Positions 10,761-18,594 of a DNA stretch of 47,857 bases are shown piece by piece; position 1 is the first letter of the stretch, and every line of letters begins with the position of its first letter. The stretch is taken from contig CALXKW010000001.1 in NCBI GenBank assembly GCA_944389045.1, positions 1 to 47,857 of the forward strand, given 5' to 3'. This DNA comes from an uncultured Clostridia bacterium. GTDB taxonomy: Bacteria > Bacillota > Clostridia > Oscillospirales > CAG-272. The notes beneath the pieces were generated by a model, which ran no database searches, was not told where the DNA came from, and was given only the letters and a program-made list of their open reading frames with translations. The translations under genes and the position numbers were made by a program.

Positions 10761-11741
10761 ATGGAAAACAACAAACGTCCCGAAACGATGGCACGCATCA
10801 ACACGCCGGCGCTTGCCGAAGCGTTCATCGAAGACGAAATTCAGAAGCTCCGCGCTGAAATCGGCGATAAAAAGGTTCTGCTCGCCCTGTCCGGCGGGGT
10901 CGATTCCTCGGTTGTGGCCGCTCTTCTCATCAAGGCGGTCGGGCAGCAGCTGGTCGCGGTCCATGTCAATCACGGCCTTCTCCGCAAAGGGGAGCCCGAG
11001 CAGGTGGTCGAGGTCTTCCGCAACCAGATGAAGGCCAACCTTGTCTATGTCGACGCGGTCGACCGGTTTCTCGACAAGCTCGCCGGTGTGGCGGAGCCCG
11101 AGAAGAAGCGCAAGATCATCGGCGCGGAGTTTATCCGCGTTTTTGAAGAGGAGGCCCGCAAGCTCGAGGGCATCGAGTTTCTTGCACAGGGAACCATCTA
11201 TCCCGACATCCTCGAGAGCGACGGAGTGAAAGCGCATCACAATGTAGGAGGGCTGCCCGAGGATCTTCAGTTCAAGCTGGTGGAGCCGCTGAAATTCCTC
11301 TATAAAGATGAGGTGCGCGTGGTCGGCAAGGCGCTCGGTCTGCCCGACTCGATGGTCTACCGTCAGCCTTTTCCGGGCCCCGGCCTTGGGGTTCGCTGTC
11401 TTGGCGCGATCACGCGCGAGCGCCTTGAGCTGGTCCGGGAGTCGGACGCCATTCTGCGCGAGGAGTTTGCCAAGAGCGGCCTGGAAGGGAAGGTCTGGCA
11501 GTATTTTACCGCGATTCCGGACTTCCGTTCGGTCGGCGTGAAAAACGGAGTCCGCACCTTCGCCTATCCGGTCATTCTCCGCGCCGTCAACACGACCGAT
11601 GCCATGTCCGCCACCATCGAGCCTCTCGATTACGCGCTTCTTGCCCGCATCACGGCGCGTATCACCGAGGAGATCCCGGGCATCAACCGCGTTCTCTATG
11701 ACGTGACCCCCAAGCCCTGCGCTACGATCGAGTGGGAGTAG
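10761..11741 (+). CDS. guaA: GMP synthase, ATP-pyrophosphatase/dimerisation part only (no glutamine amidotransferase domain)
   Basis: P-loop LALSGGVDSSV is about 43 aa from ATG 10761 (SD AAGGAGA upstream). The C-terminus ends TIEWE. 326 aa versus about 510-525 aa for fused GuaA. Confidence 0.88.
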   Translation: MENNKRPETMARINTPALAEAFIEDEIQKLRAEIGDKKVLLALSGGVDSSVVAALLIKAVGQQLVAVHVNHGLLRKGEPEQVVEVFRNQMKANLVYVDAVDRFLDKLAGVAEPEKKRKIIGAEFIRVFEEEARKLEGIEFLAQGTIYPDILESDGVKAHHNVGGLPEDLQFKLVEPLKFLYKDEVRVVGKALGLPDSMVYRQPFPGPGLGVRCLGAITRERLELVRESDAILREEFAKSGLEGKVWQYFTAIPDFRSVGVKNGVRTFAYPVILRAVNTTDAMSATIEPLDYALLARITARITEEIPGINRVLYDVTPKPCATIEWE

Positions 11742-11751
11742 TTGCGAAGTT

Positions 11752-11794
11752 CCCGAAAACCCTTATTCTATAAGGGTTTTCGGGGTTTTCTTTT
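11752..11794 (+). terminator. rho-independent terminator of guaA
   Basis: 14-bp perfect stem CCCGAAAACCCTTA / TAAGGGTTTTCGGG with a 5-nt loop, followed by GTTTTCTTTT. Confidence 0.85.
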
Positions 11795-11807
11795 GTCCAG
11801 AGGTACA

Positions 11808-11900
11808 CGAAAGGTACACGGAGAACGCGAAACCCCTTATCCGATAAGGGTTTCCGGGTTCCTGCTTTTTTCCGATATACGCGAAAGGTACACGGAGAAC
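11808..11900 (+). repeat. two perfect 19-nt direct repeats CGAAAGGTACACGGAGAAC (11808-11826 and 11882-11900) within a diverged 74-bp tandem duplication
   Basis: Read directly. Each copy is preceded by a related hairpin (11752-11784 and 11829-11854). Confidence 0.85.
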
Positions 11901-11915
11901 CGTACTGTGCCCAAT

Positions 11916-12974
11916 CTATGCAAATATCTCAAGTTTTTCGGCGACCTCGTTCTGTTGGTCGGGATAGAGATGAGAATAGATTTCCAAAGTTGTGGTCACA
12001 TTTTCGTGTCCAAGTCTCTCACTGATAAGCAGAGGAGGAAACCCAAGATGGATTAAAAGGCTTGCATGGCTGTGGCGTAAATCGTGTATTCTTATCGGCT
12101 TTACTCCTGACGCCTTGCAGCCCCGTTCCATTTCATGCTTCAGATAGTATTTTGTTATTTCAAACAACCTGTCTGAAGGATGATAGCTGTATAACTTGCT
12201 TACATATTCCCTTACCATATCAAATACAAACTGCGGCAAAGCAATTTTGCGATTGCTCCTTGGAGTTTTGGGCTCAAGGAGCAAATCTTCCCCATTCATT
12301 CTGGCATAATTTTTTGTGATAGAAACTGTCCGTACCTCAAAGTCGAAATCATTCAAAGTTAACGCGAGCAATTCGCCTGAGCGCATTCCGGACCAGTACA
12401 GCAGATTAAAAATAACGGCTGAAGCAGGCTTGTCGCTGACGGCACTTACAAACAATTTAAATTCTTCCGGAGTCCAGAACTGATTCAAATCAGCGCGTTT
12501 CTTTCCGATACTGCCGCTTTTATGTACGGGATTCTCTTTTAGCCCGTAGTATTTTACGGCAAAGTTAAATATGGCGGAAAGCTGATTGTTCAGCGTGCGA
12601 AGATAAGTAGGCTTATACTTCTTTGGACTGCTCAAAAGCTTGGTCTGCCATCTGCGGATAGTCATCGGCTGAATCTCATTTATCTTAAAATGTTTGAAAT
12701 ACGGAAGTATGTGCTGTGAAAAAACAATCTGCTTGCCTTGGTATGTAGTGGGCTTTAATCTCACGGCACAGTCCTCCATATAGATGTCCGTCAAAGCTTG
12801 AAAGGTCATATCGCAATTGTCGGAGGTCTTGCTCAGGAAATCCAGTTCATACTGCTTGGCATCCCTCTGCAAAAGAAAGCCTTTTTTCTTTTTCTGCTTT
12901 CTTTCGCCTGTCCAGTTGGTATAAACAAATTTGCAGTACCATAACCCTGTTTTTTCGTCTTTGTAGGTCGGCAA
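11916..12974 (-). CDS. int: tyrosine site-specific integrase (Tn916/phage-integrase type)
   Basis: N-terminal arm-binding-like KTGLWYCKF. Catalytic GMRSGELLAL, HDLRHSHAS and LGHENVTTTLEIYSHL. TTG start follows GAGGGAGG. Confidence 0.93.
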   Translation of the reverse strand: MPTYKDEKTGLWYCKFVYTNWTGERKQKKKKGFLLQRDAKQYELDFLSKTSDNCDMTFQALTDIYMEDCAVRLKPTTYQGKQIVFSQHILPYFKHFKINEIQPMTIRRWQTKLLSSPKKYKPTYLRTLNNQLSAIFNFAVKYYGLKENPVHKSGSIGKKRADLNQFWTPEEFKLFVSAVSDKPASAVIFNLLYWSGMRSGELLALTLNDFDFEVRTVSITKNYARMNGEDLLLEPKTPRSNRKIALPQFVFDMVREYVSKLYSYHPSDRLFEITKYYLKHEMERGCKASGVKPIRIHDLRHSHASLLIHLGFPPLLISERLGHENVTTTLEIYSHLYPDQQNEVAEKLEIFA

Positions 12975-13028
12975 AAATCTCGCCTCCCTCTTTATATTTT
13001 ATTTTTCCTCGCTTGAATACAGCTGCAT

Positions 13029-13214
13029 TTAGATATATACATGCTCGTAGAAATATCTCGCGGCAATCTTACCGGGAACGATAATTTTGCCTTCGGCCGC
13101 GAGCTTGTCATTCATTTTCTTTACAATGCGGTAAGCGGTGCTGACAGATACATCTAAAATTTCCGCAACCTCCGCCGCTGTTAAAAATTTCTTGTTTGCA
13201 GGAATAGCCGTCAA
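13029..13214 (-). CDS. xis: excisionase / small HTH DNA-binding protein
   Basis: 61 aa with LTAAEVAEILDVSVSTAYRIVKKM. Lies immediately upstream of int. TTG start follows GGAGG. Confidence 0.75.
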   Translation of the reverse strand: MTAIPANKKFLTAAEVAEILDVSVSTAYRIVKKMNDKLAAEGKIIVPGKIAARYFYEHVYI

Positions 13215-13697
13215 ATTCTAAACCTCCTTCCCGACAGCCTACAGCAGCGGATTGTATTCTTCGCTGTTATTCATTATACTATAATTGAATCCAAATCCCC
13301 TTTTAAGCTGTCCGAGAAATAAATGCTGTATCTTTTCTGGCGCCTTATCGCCGGGCCATTTCCTTTGCTCCCTTTGACCAAGTATTGTCAGGCCGTGCTA
13401 TGCACTGTTTCATCTGTGGGCGAGCGGGGCGGGCATAACTGCTTTCGACCGGAACACGCCGATGCTCCCATAGCATCGGCTATGTTGCGAAAAAAAGTAG
13501 TTTATACGGCACAATGCACACTATCCGCAAATCCTGTATAACACCCGGCATAAGGCTATTCAATTGTAAAAATGCTTTTCTAATAAAAGCACTTTCATAA
13601 TATAAATAGGGCCCGGTAGGGTTGTTTTCTTCAAACTTGAAAAATTTTTCATAAAAAATTTTTCCGGCTATTTCATACAATATCCTGACAAAACGCC

Positions 13698-13726
13698 TTG
13701 ACAAGCACTATATCTTGTGGTACAAT
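13698..13726 (+). promoter_or_regulatory. near-consensus promoter of the long + strand operon (TTGACA - 17 nt - TGgTACAAT)
   Basis: TTGACA at 13698-13703 and TACAAT at 13721-13726, with a TG extension. Confidence 0.7.
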
Positions 13727-14090
13727 ACCATTGTAATTGATTTTTTGTGCTTGTCCTACAGGACTTTCCGGTGAGCAGGCTTGCAAGCAGGCCGCCGCAT
13801 TGCACACGTTGTTAAGTTTGTATGTAGTCAGTACACAGCCGCCCTTTTTGATACGGGCGATATGTATTGGCTTTTTATTTTTTTATGGGACGTGTCTCCC
13901 ACACATAGCGAGAATGAATCCGGCTTGCGTTCGGGCAGGCGAGAATACCGATTTGGGTATGGGATTTCATTCCCGCTTTTTTTATTTTCGCCGTACAGCC
14001 GACAGGCTTATGGATAAATACAAACAGAAAGGCGGTTCAGAATATGAACAACAAACCCTACAGGCGTTATCGCCGAAAAAAGGACTCAAA

Positions 14091-15260
14091 ATGCAAACAG
14101 CAAATTTTAAGAAAGGAAATTCAAAAGCAAGCGAAGTACCCTATACAGGCCGAATACAGGCAGAAAGTATTCCTGAAACAAAACCGAAGGCGGGGAGCGT
14201 AATGGGAGGAACCAAACCTTTATCTTACCGGCCGCAGGTTCTTGTGGATACGGCAAACCTGCCGGAGAAGGAGTGGCTTGATTACCGCAGGCGAGGAATC
14301 GGCGGCAGTGACGCTGCGGCGATTCTCGGGGTATCCCCCTTTTCAACAGCAAGAGACCTCTATTACGACAAACTGAAAATCGTAACTTTTGAGGATCCGG
14401 AGGATAACTGGGTACAAAAGAAGATGGGACATCTCTTAGAAGACTTGGTGGCTGAAATATTCCATGTCAGAACGGGATATGAAATCTATCAGGTCAAGAA
14501 GATGTTTTATCATTCTAAACATCCCTTTATGCTGGCGGATGTTGATTACTTTATTACATTGCCAAACGGTGAAACAGCGATTCTTGAAATCAAGACAACC
14601 AATTACAACGCAACAGGCCAATGGTGGAAAGACGGCGCCGAAGCGGTTCCCGTCAACTATGAAATCCAAGGACGGCACTATATGGCGGTTTTGAATGTCA
14701 ATCATGTGTTCTTCTGCTGCCTTTACGGCAATAGCGAGCAAGAGACCATCATTCGCCGCATTGAACGCGATATGGACTACGAGGAAGAGCTGATCGCTCT
14801 TGAAAGCGACTTCTGGAACAATCACATACTCACAAGAACACCCCCTCGCTATGTTGAGGACGGCGACTTGGTGATTGAAAGCGTCAAAAATCATTTTGGG
14901 CCTGCCGACCCGAATGCCGCCGCCATAGAGCTTAGTCTTACAAGCTTTAGTAACGTAACGCGTTATTTAGAGTTACAGGCAGAAAAGTCTGCTCTCAATG
15001 CTGAAGTGAAGCGTGTAGACAATGAAATGAAACGCTTGCAAGGAAGGATTATTGATGAAATGGGCAGGTGCTGCACCGCGGTTTACAGCCGCGATGAAAG
15101 CGACTATACCATTACCTATAATCCCGTTCAGAAAGCCACAATCAGCAAAGAGAATCTGTTCCGGCTGCAGATGCAGCATCCCGACATCTACGAGCAGTTT
15201 GTGAGCATTTCTGAGTCAAGAAGATTTAATGTCAGGAAATCAGCGCAAAAAGCCGCTTGA
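14091..15260 (+). CDS. YqaJ-type (lambda-exonuclease-like) recombination exonuclease
   Basis: EWLDYRRRGIGGSDAAAILGVSPFSTARDLYYDK, and a PD-(D/E)xK-like ADVDYF...AILEIKTT. Start is uncertain (14010, 14091 or 14202). The ORF-track part before 14010 does not look coding. Confidence 0.8.
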   Translation: MQTANFKKGNSKASEVPYTGRIQAESIPETKPKAGSVMGGTKPLSYRPQVLVDTANLPEKEWLDYRRRGIGGSDAAAILGVSPFSTARDLYYDKLKIVTFEDPEDNWVQKKMGHLLEDLVAEIFHVRTGYEIYQVKKMFYHSKHPFMLADVDYFITLPNGETAILEIKTTNYNATGQWWKDGAEAVPVNYEIQGRHYMAVLNVNHVFFCCLYGNSEQETIIRRIERDMDYEEELIALESDFWNNHILTRTPPRYVEDGDLVIESVKNHFGPADPNAAAIELSLTSFSNVTRYLELQAEKSALNAEVKRVDNEMKRLQGRIIDEMGRCCTAVYSRDESDYTITYNPVQKATISKENLFRLQMQHPDIYEQFVSISESRRFNVRKSAQKAA

Positions 15261-15306
15261 TTTTCAAGAAAGGAAAACAATATGAAGAAAGGTATAATTA
15301 CGGGAG

Positions 15307-17565
15307 GTGACGAATGTGAGCTACACCGGTGTGTATGACAAGACGATTTACTACAACCCTGTCAGCAAATACTGTGTTATCAGCGTAAAGACAAACGATC
15401 AGACCGTGCCGCAGAAAGCACGCAGCGCATTTCACTATCGGGACAAGCTGATACGATTTACCGCTGTGGGGTATGAGCTTCCTCAGACGGATAGAGTCAG
15501 CATGATTCTGGATGGCGTATGGCAAAACGGAAAATACGGACCGCAGCTGCAAGTTGAGAGCTGTGAGGAAATTGTACCGCAAACCAAAGACGGCGTTAAG
15601 GGATATTTATCCTCCCGCCTAATTAAAGGAGTCGGCGAAAAAACAGCCGAGTTGATTGTTGAACGCTTCGGCGCCGATGCACTTCGCATTCTGGAAAACG
15701 ATCCGGAACGGCTGCTTGAAATCAGAGGCATTACCCCCCAGAAGCTTGAAGAAATCAAATCTTCATATGATGAAAGCCGATGCCTGCGTGATTTAATGAT
15801 TCTGCTCTCTCCGTATAACGTAACACCGGTGACAGCAACGAAGATTTATGAGTACTTTGGCGCCCGAAGTGTAGACATACTTAAAAACAATCCCTATGAG
15901 CTTTGCCAGATATCGGGTTTCGGTTTCAAAAGAGTAGACGCTATTGTCCGCAAAGGAGATTACCCGCTCAATTCTCCTATGAGAATACACGGGGCGATTT
16001 ATGCCGCACTCGACGCCAAGCGTAATGATGAGGGACATCTTTATCTGGAGCTTGACGTACTGCTAAGGGAGAGCTTCCGGCTTCTGAACGATCGCATTCT
16101 TTCGCCAAAGCAGAAAGTGTCTGCGGAAGAGATTGCAGCAATACTTGAAAACATGGTGCAGAACGGCGAGGTTGTCAGCAGCAAGGGACGTATCTACCAA
16201 AAGGCAAGCTTTGTACAAGAAGATGAAACTGCGAGAAAGATTGCGCAGATGCTTTCTGTTCCTGCCGAACGCATAGATATCGGCTCAGTACTTGAATCCA
16301 TACGGCAAAATCTTGGTATCGCCCTGTCTCAAAGGCAGAGCGAAGCAGTCTATATGGCGTTCCGCAGCAATCTCTCGGTTATCACGGGTTCGCCCGGTAC
16401 GGGAAAAACTACTGTGCTGAGAGCCATAATTGAGGTATTTACACGCATATATCCCGGCTGCAAAATCATGCTGGCGGCACCTACGGGACGGGCAAGCCGC
16501 AGGATGGCGGAAAGCACGGGAAGAAGCGACGCAAAAACTCTGCACAGCCTTTTAGGTTTGTTGGGTGAGAGCGGCTTTGTCAGGAATGAAAAGCAGGAAC
16601 CGCTTGACGCGGACTTGATTATTGTTGATGAAAGCTCGATGGTCGATATGCGGCTTGCCATGCAGTTCTTTTCCCGCGTAAAAACAGAAACCAAGGTAAT
16701 CCTGGTGGGCGACGCGGATCAGCTGCAAAGCGTTGGTGCGGGAGATGTATTCCGTGAGCTTATAAACAGCGGCAAAATCCCGGTTACAGTACTCAACGAA
16801 ATTTTCCGTCAAAAAAAGGACAGTCTGATTGCGTATAACGCCAAAAGCATCAACGAAGACAGTACCAATCTGTATTATGGCGATGACTTTTCATTTGTTA
16901 AATGCAAAACGCAGGAAGAAGCTGCGGACATTATCTGCCGTATTTTCTGCGAACAAGCGAGACAATACGGAATAGAGCATGTGCAGATTCTGTCCCCGTT
17001 CCGAAGTGAAGGACTAACGGCGGCAGAACAGCTCAACCGGACAATTCGTGAAATGGTAAACCCCATGCAAAACGAGGGGATCCCGGATCTGAAAATCGGG
17101 AGCCGCTTTTTCCGGGAGAACGACAAGGTGATGCAGACCAAGAACAACAGCAAGGCTTCGAACGGAGATATCGGATTTATCCGGAAGATAGACACCGGAG
17201 GCAAGAATGGAATGACGGTTACGATTGATTTCGGCAGCGGCAGAATTGTGGAGTACGGTCCCGAGGAAATGAGCAACATTGAGCTTGCCTATGCCACCAC
17301 AATTCATAAAGCCATGGGGTCAGAATTCGATATCGTAATTATCCCCATTATCCGCAATCATGCAATAATGCTGAAGCGAAACCTTGTTTATACAGCTATC
17401 ACCCGTGCCAGACGGCGTGTGATTCTGGTCGGTGAGAAAGGAATGCTGTTTATGGCAATTCACAAGAATGACACCGGCAAGAGGAATACCATGCTCGGTG
17501 AGCGCATCGGAAAATACCTTACGGCCTTTGCGGTCGAACAAGAAAAACTGAAAAAAGTAAGTTAA
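15307..17565 (+). CDS. RecD2-like SF1B DNA helicase
   Basis: HhH region LIKGVGEKTAELIV, Walker A GSPGTGKTT, motif II IIVDESSMVD, C-terminal ATTIHKAMGSEFD and VYTAITRARRRVILVG. GTG 15316 is an alternative start. Confidence 0.9.
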   Translation: MTNVSYTGVYDKTIYYNPVSKYCVISVKTNDQTVPQKARSAFHYRDKLIRFTAVGYELPQTDRVSMILDGVWQNGKYGPQLQVESCEEIVPQTKDGVKGYLSSRLIKGVGEKTAELIVERFGADALRILENDPERLLEIRGITPQKLEEIKSSYDESRCLRDLMILLSPYNVTPVTATKIYEYFGARSVDILKNNPYELCQISGFGFKRVDAIVRKGDYPLNSPMRIHGAIYAALDAKRNDEGHLYLELDVLLRESFRLLNDRILSPKQKVSAEEIAAILENMVQNGEVVSSKGRIYQKASFVQEDETARKIAQMLSVPAERIDIGSVLESIRQNLGIALSQRQSEAVYMAFRSNLSVITGSPGTGKTTVLRAIIEVFTRIYPGCKIMLAAPTGRASRRMAESTGRSDAKTLHSLLGLLGESGFVRNEKQEPLDADLIIVDESSMVDMRLAMQFFSRVKTETKVILVGDADQLQSVGAGDVFRELINSGKIPVTVLNEIFRQKKDSLIAYNAKSINEDSTNLYYGDDFSFVKCKTQEEAADIICRIFCEQARQYGIEHVQILSPFRSEGLTAAEQLNRTIREMVNPMQNEGIPDLKIGSRFFRENDKVMQTKNNSKASNGDIGFIRKIDTGGKNGMTVTIDFGSGRIVEYGPEEMSNIELAYATTIHKAMGSEFDIVIIPIIRNHAIMLKRNLVYTAITRARRRVILVGEKGMLFMAIHKNDTGKRNTMLGERIGKYLTAFAVEQEKLKKVS

Positions 17566-17629
17566 GCGAGATATTTTTGCAGAAAAGCGCAAGGGTATCT
17601 CCTATTTTATTATTAAGGAGTTTAGAAAA

Positions 17630-18553
17630 ATGAATGAAAACAAAACCATGTACAACACAATACCAATCGTATCCGAGCTCAATAAGGTCAAGGGCTTTGA
17701 TCCTACAAGATTCCTTCGCAGAACCAAGGACGGAGCTAAGCTCGATTTAAGTATCAAAAAGCTTTGGTTCAGGCTCAAATATCCCAACGGCAGAATTAAG
17801 CTGTCCGCTCTTAAAATCACAGATCAGCTTGCTATTATTGAGGCAAAGGTGTTTTTTGACAAGAACGATATAAATCCGGCCTCCAGCTTTGTTTCCCAAA
17901 GGGAGAAAGAAAGCACGCCGGGCGGACTTTACATTGAGGCGGCACAGCATGGAGCCATCGATGAAGCATTGTCTTCAGCAGGCTTTGGCATTCAGTTTAT
18001 CCCTGCCGATCCAAGCAATGAAAAGACAGAGAAATATGCTGCCGGAGCAGAAACTTTGCCGCCAAGGACGGAAAAGCTTGTATCATCCGCCGCTGCCGCT
18101 GAATCTAAGACAGAGACTGATGCGGAAAAAACCACGGGAACGCAGCCTACCGCGGCAGAATCTATGAAAGAAACGTATGCCGCAGCGGAATCGACCGACA
18201 AAAAGGAAGAAGCTCATGCAGAAGAGTTTATAGCCGCATCCGAAACCAATTCCGTACAAATTGCAGATACGTCTGAAGAACAGGCCGAGGTTACCGAGAT
18301 CAGAGAGGAAGAAACCGCGCTTCCTTATACCAGAGACATGCCTGTAGATGAAATCTACGCCCGTATGAGCGTTGAGGAGGCAGGTAAAATTATTGTTCCT
18401 GTTGGTACTTGTAAGGGTTGGACCCTTTCTCAGGTGGCGGACAGGCGTCCGTTTTCAATAAAATGGTATCTGACAGGATATTCCGGCGACGACAACATTC
18501 TTCGTGCGGGAGCCAGAATCATGCAGGACTTGATAGACAAGACTGCGGCATAA
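17630..18553 (+). CDS. hypothetical protein, possible Rad52/Sak-like single-strand annealing protein with acidic linker
   Basis: The N-terminal roughly 125 aa end in IEAAQHGAIDEALSSAGFGIQF (Rad52-like helix-GFG pattern). An E/A/T-rich linker follows, then a conserved-looking C-terminal 60 aa. Assignment is tentative. Confidence 0.4.
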   Translation: MNENKTMYNTIPIVSELNKVKGFDPTRFLRRTKDGAKLDLSIKKLWFRLKYPNGRIKLSALKITDQLAIIEAKVFFDKNDINPASSFVSQREKESTPGGLYIEAAQHGAIDEALSSAGFGIQFIPADPSNEKTEKYAAGAETLPPRTEKLVSSAAAAESKTETDAEKTTGTQPTAAESMKETYAAAESTDKKEEAHAEEFIAASETNSVQIADTSEEQAEVTEIREEETALPYTRDMPVDEIYARMSVEEAGKIIVPVGTCKGWTLSQVADRRPFSIKWYLTGYSGDDNILRAGARIMQDLIDKTAA

Positions 18554-18594
18554 TTAAACCTGCTTACGCACCGCCGGCAAAGGAGGATTAAAAG

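Noticed and set aside
11742-11915. Searched for a tRNA/tmRNA gene as integration target at the element junction.
   Set aside because: Only two terminator-type hairpins and direct repeats are present. There is no cloverleaf-compatible arm arrangement or conserved T-loop (GTTCRANYC).
13323-13541. 72-aa + strand ORF in the divergent control region. Also 13480-13704 on the - strand.
   Set aside because: Neither has a ribosome-binding site and they overlap hairpins and promoter elements. I kept the region as non-coding but flagged it as a finding.
13737-14009. N-terminal 91 codons of the ORF-track entry 13737-15260.
   Set aside because: The TTG start lies only 11 nt after the -10 box and has no SD. 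The translation (MIFCACPTGLSGEQACKQ...) is not protein-like. The YqaJ domain begins much later. I treated it as leader RNA.
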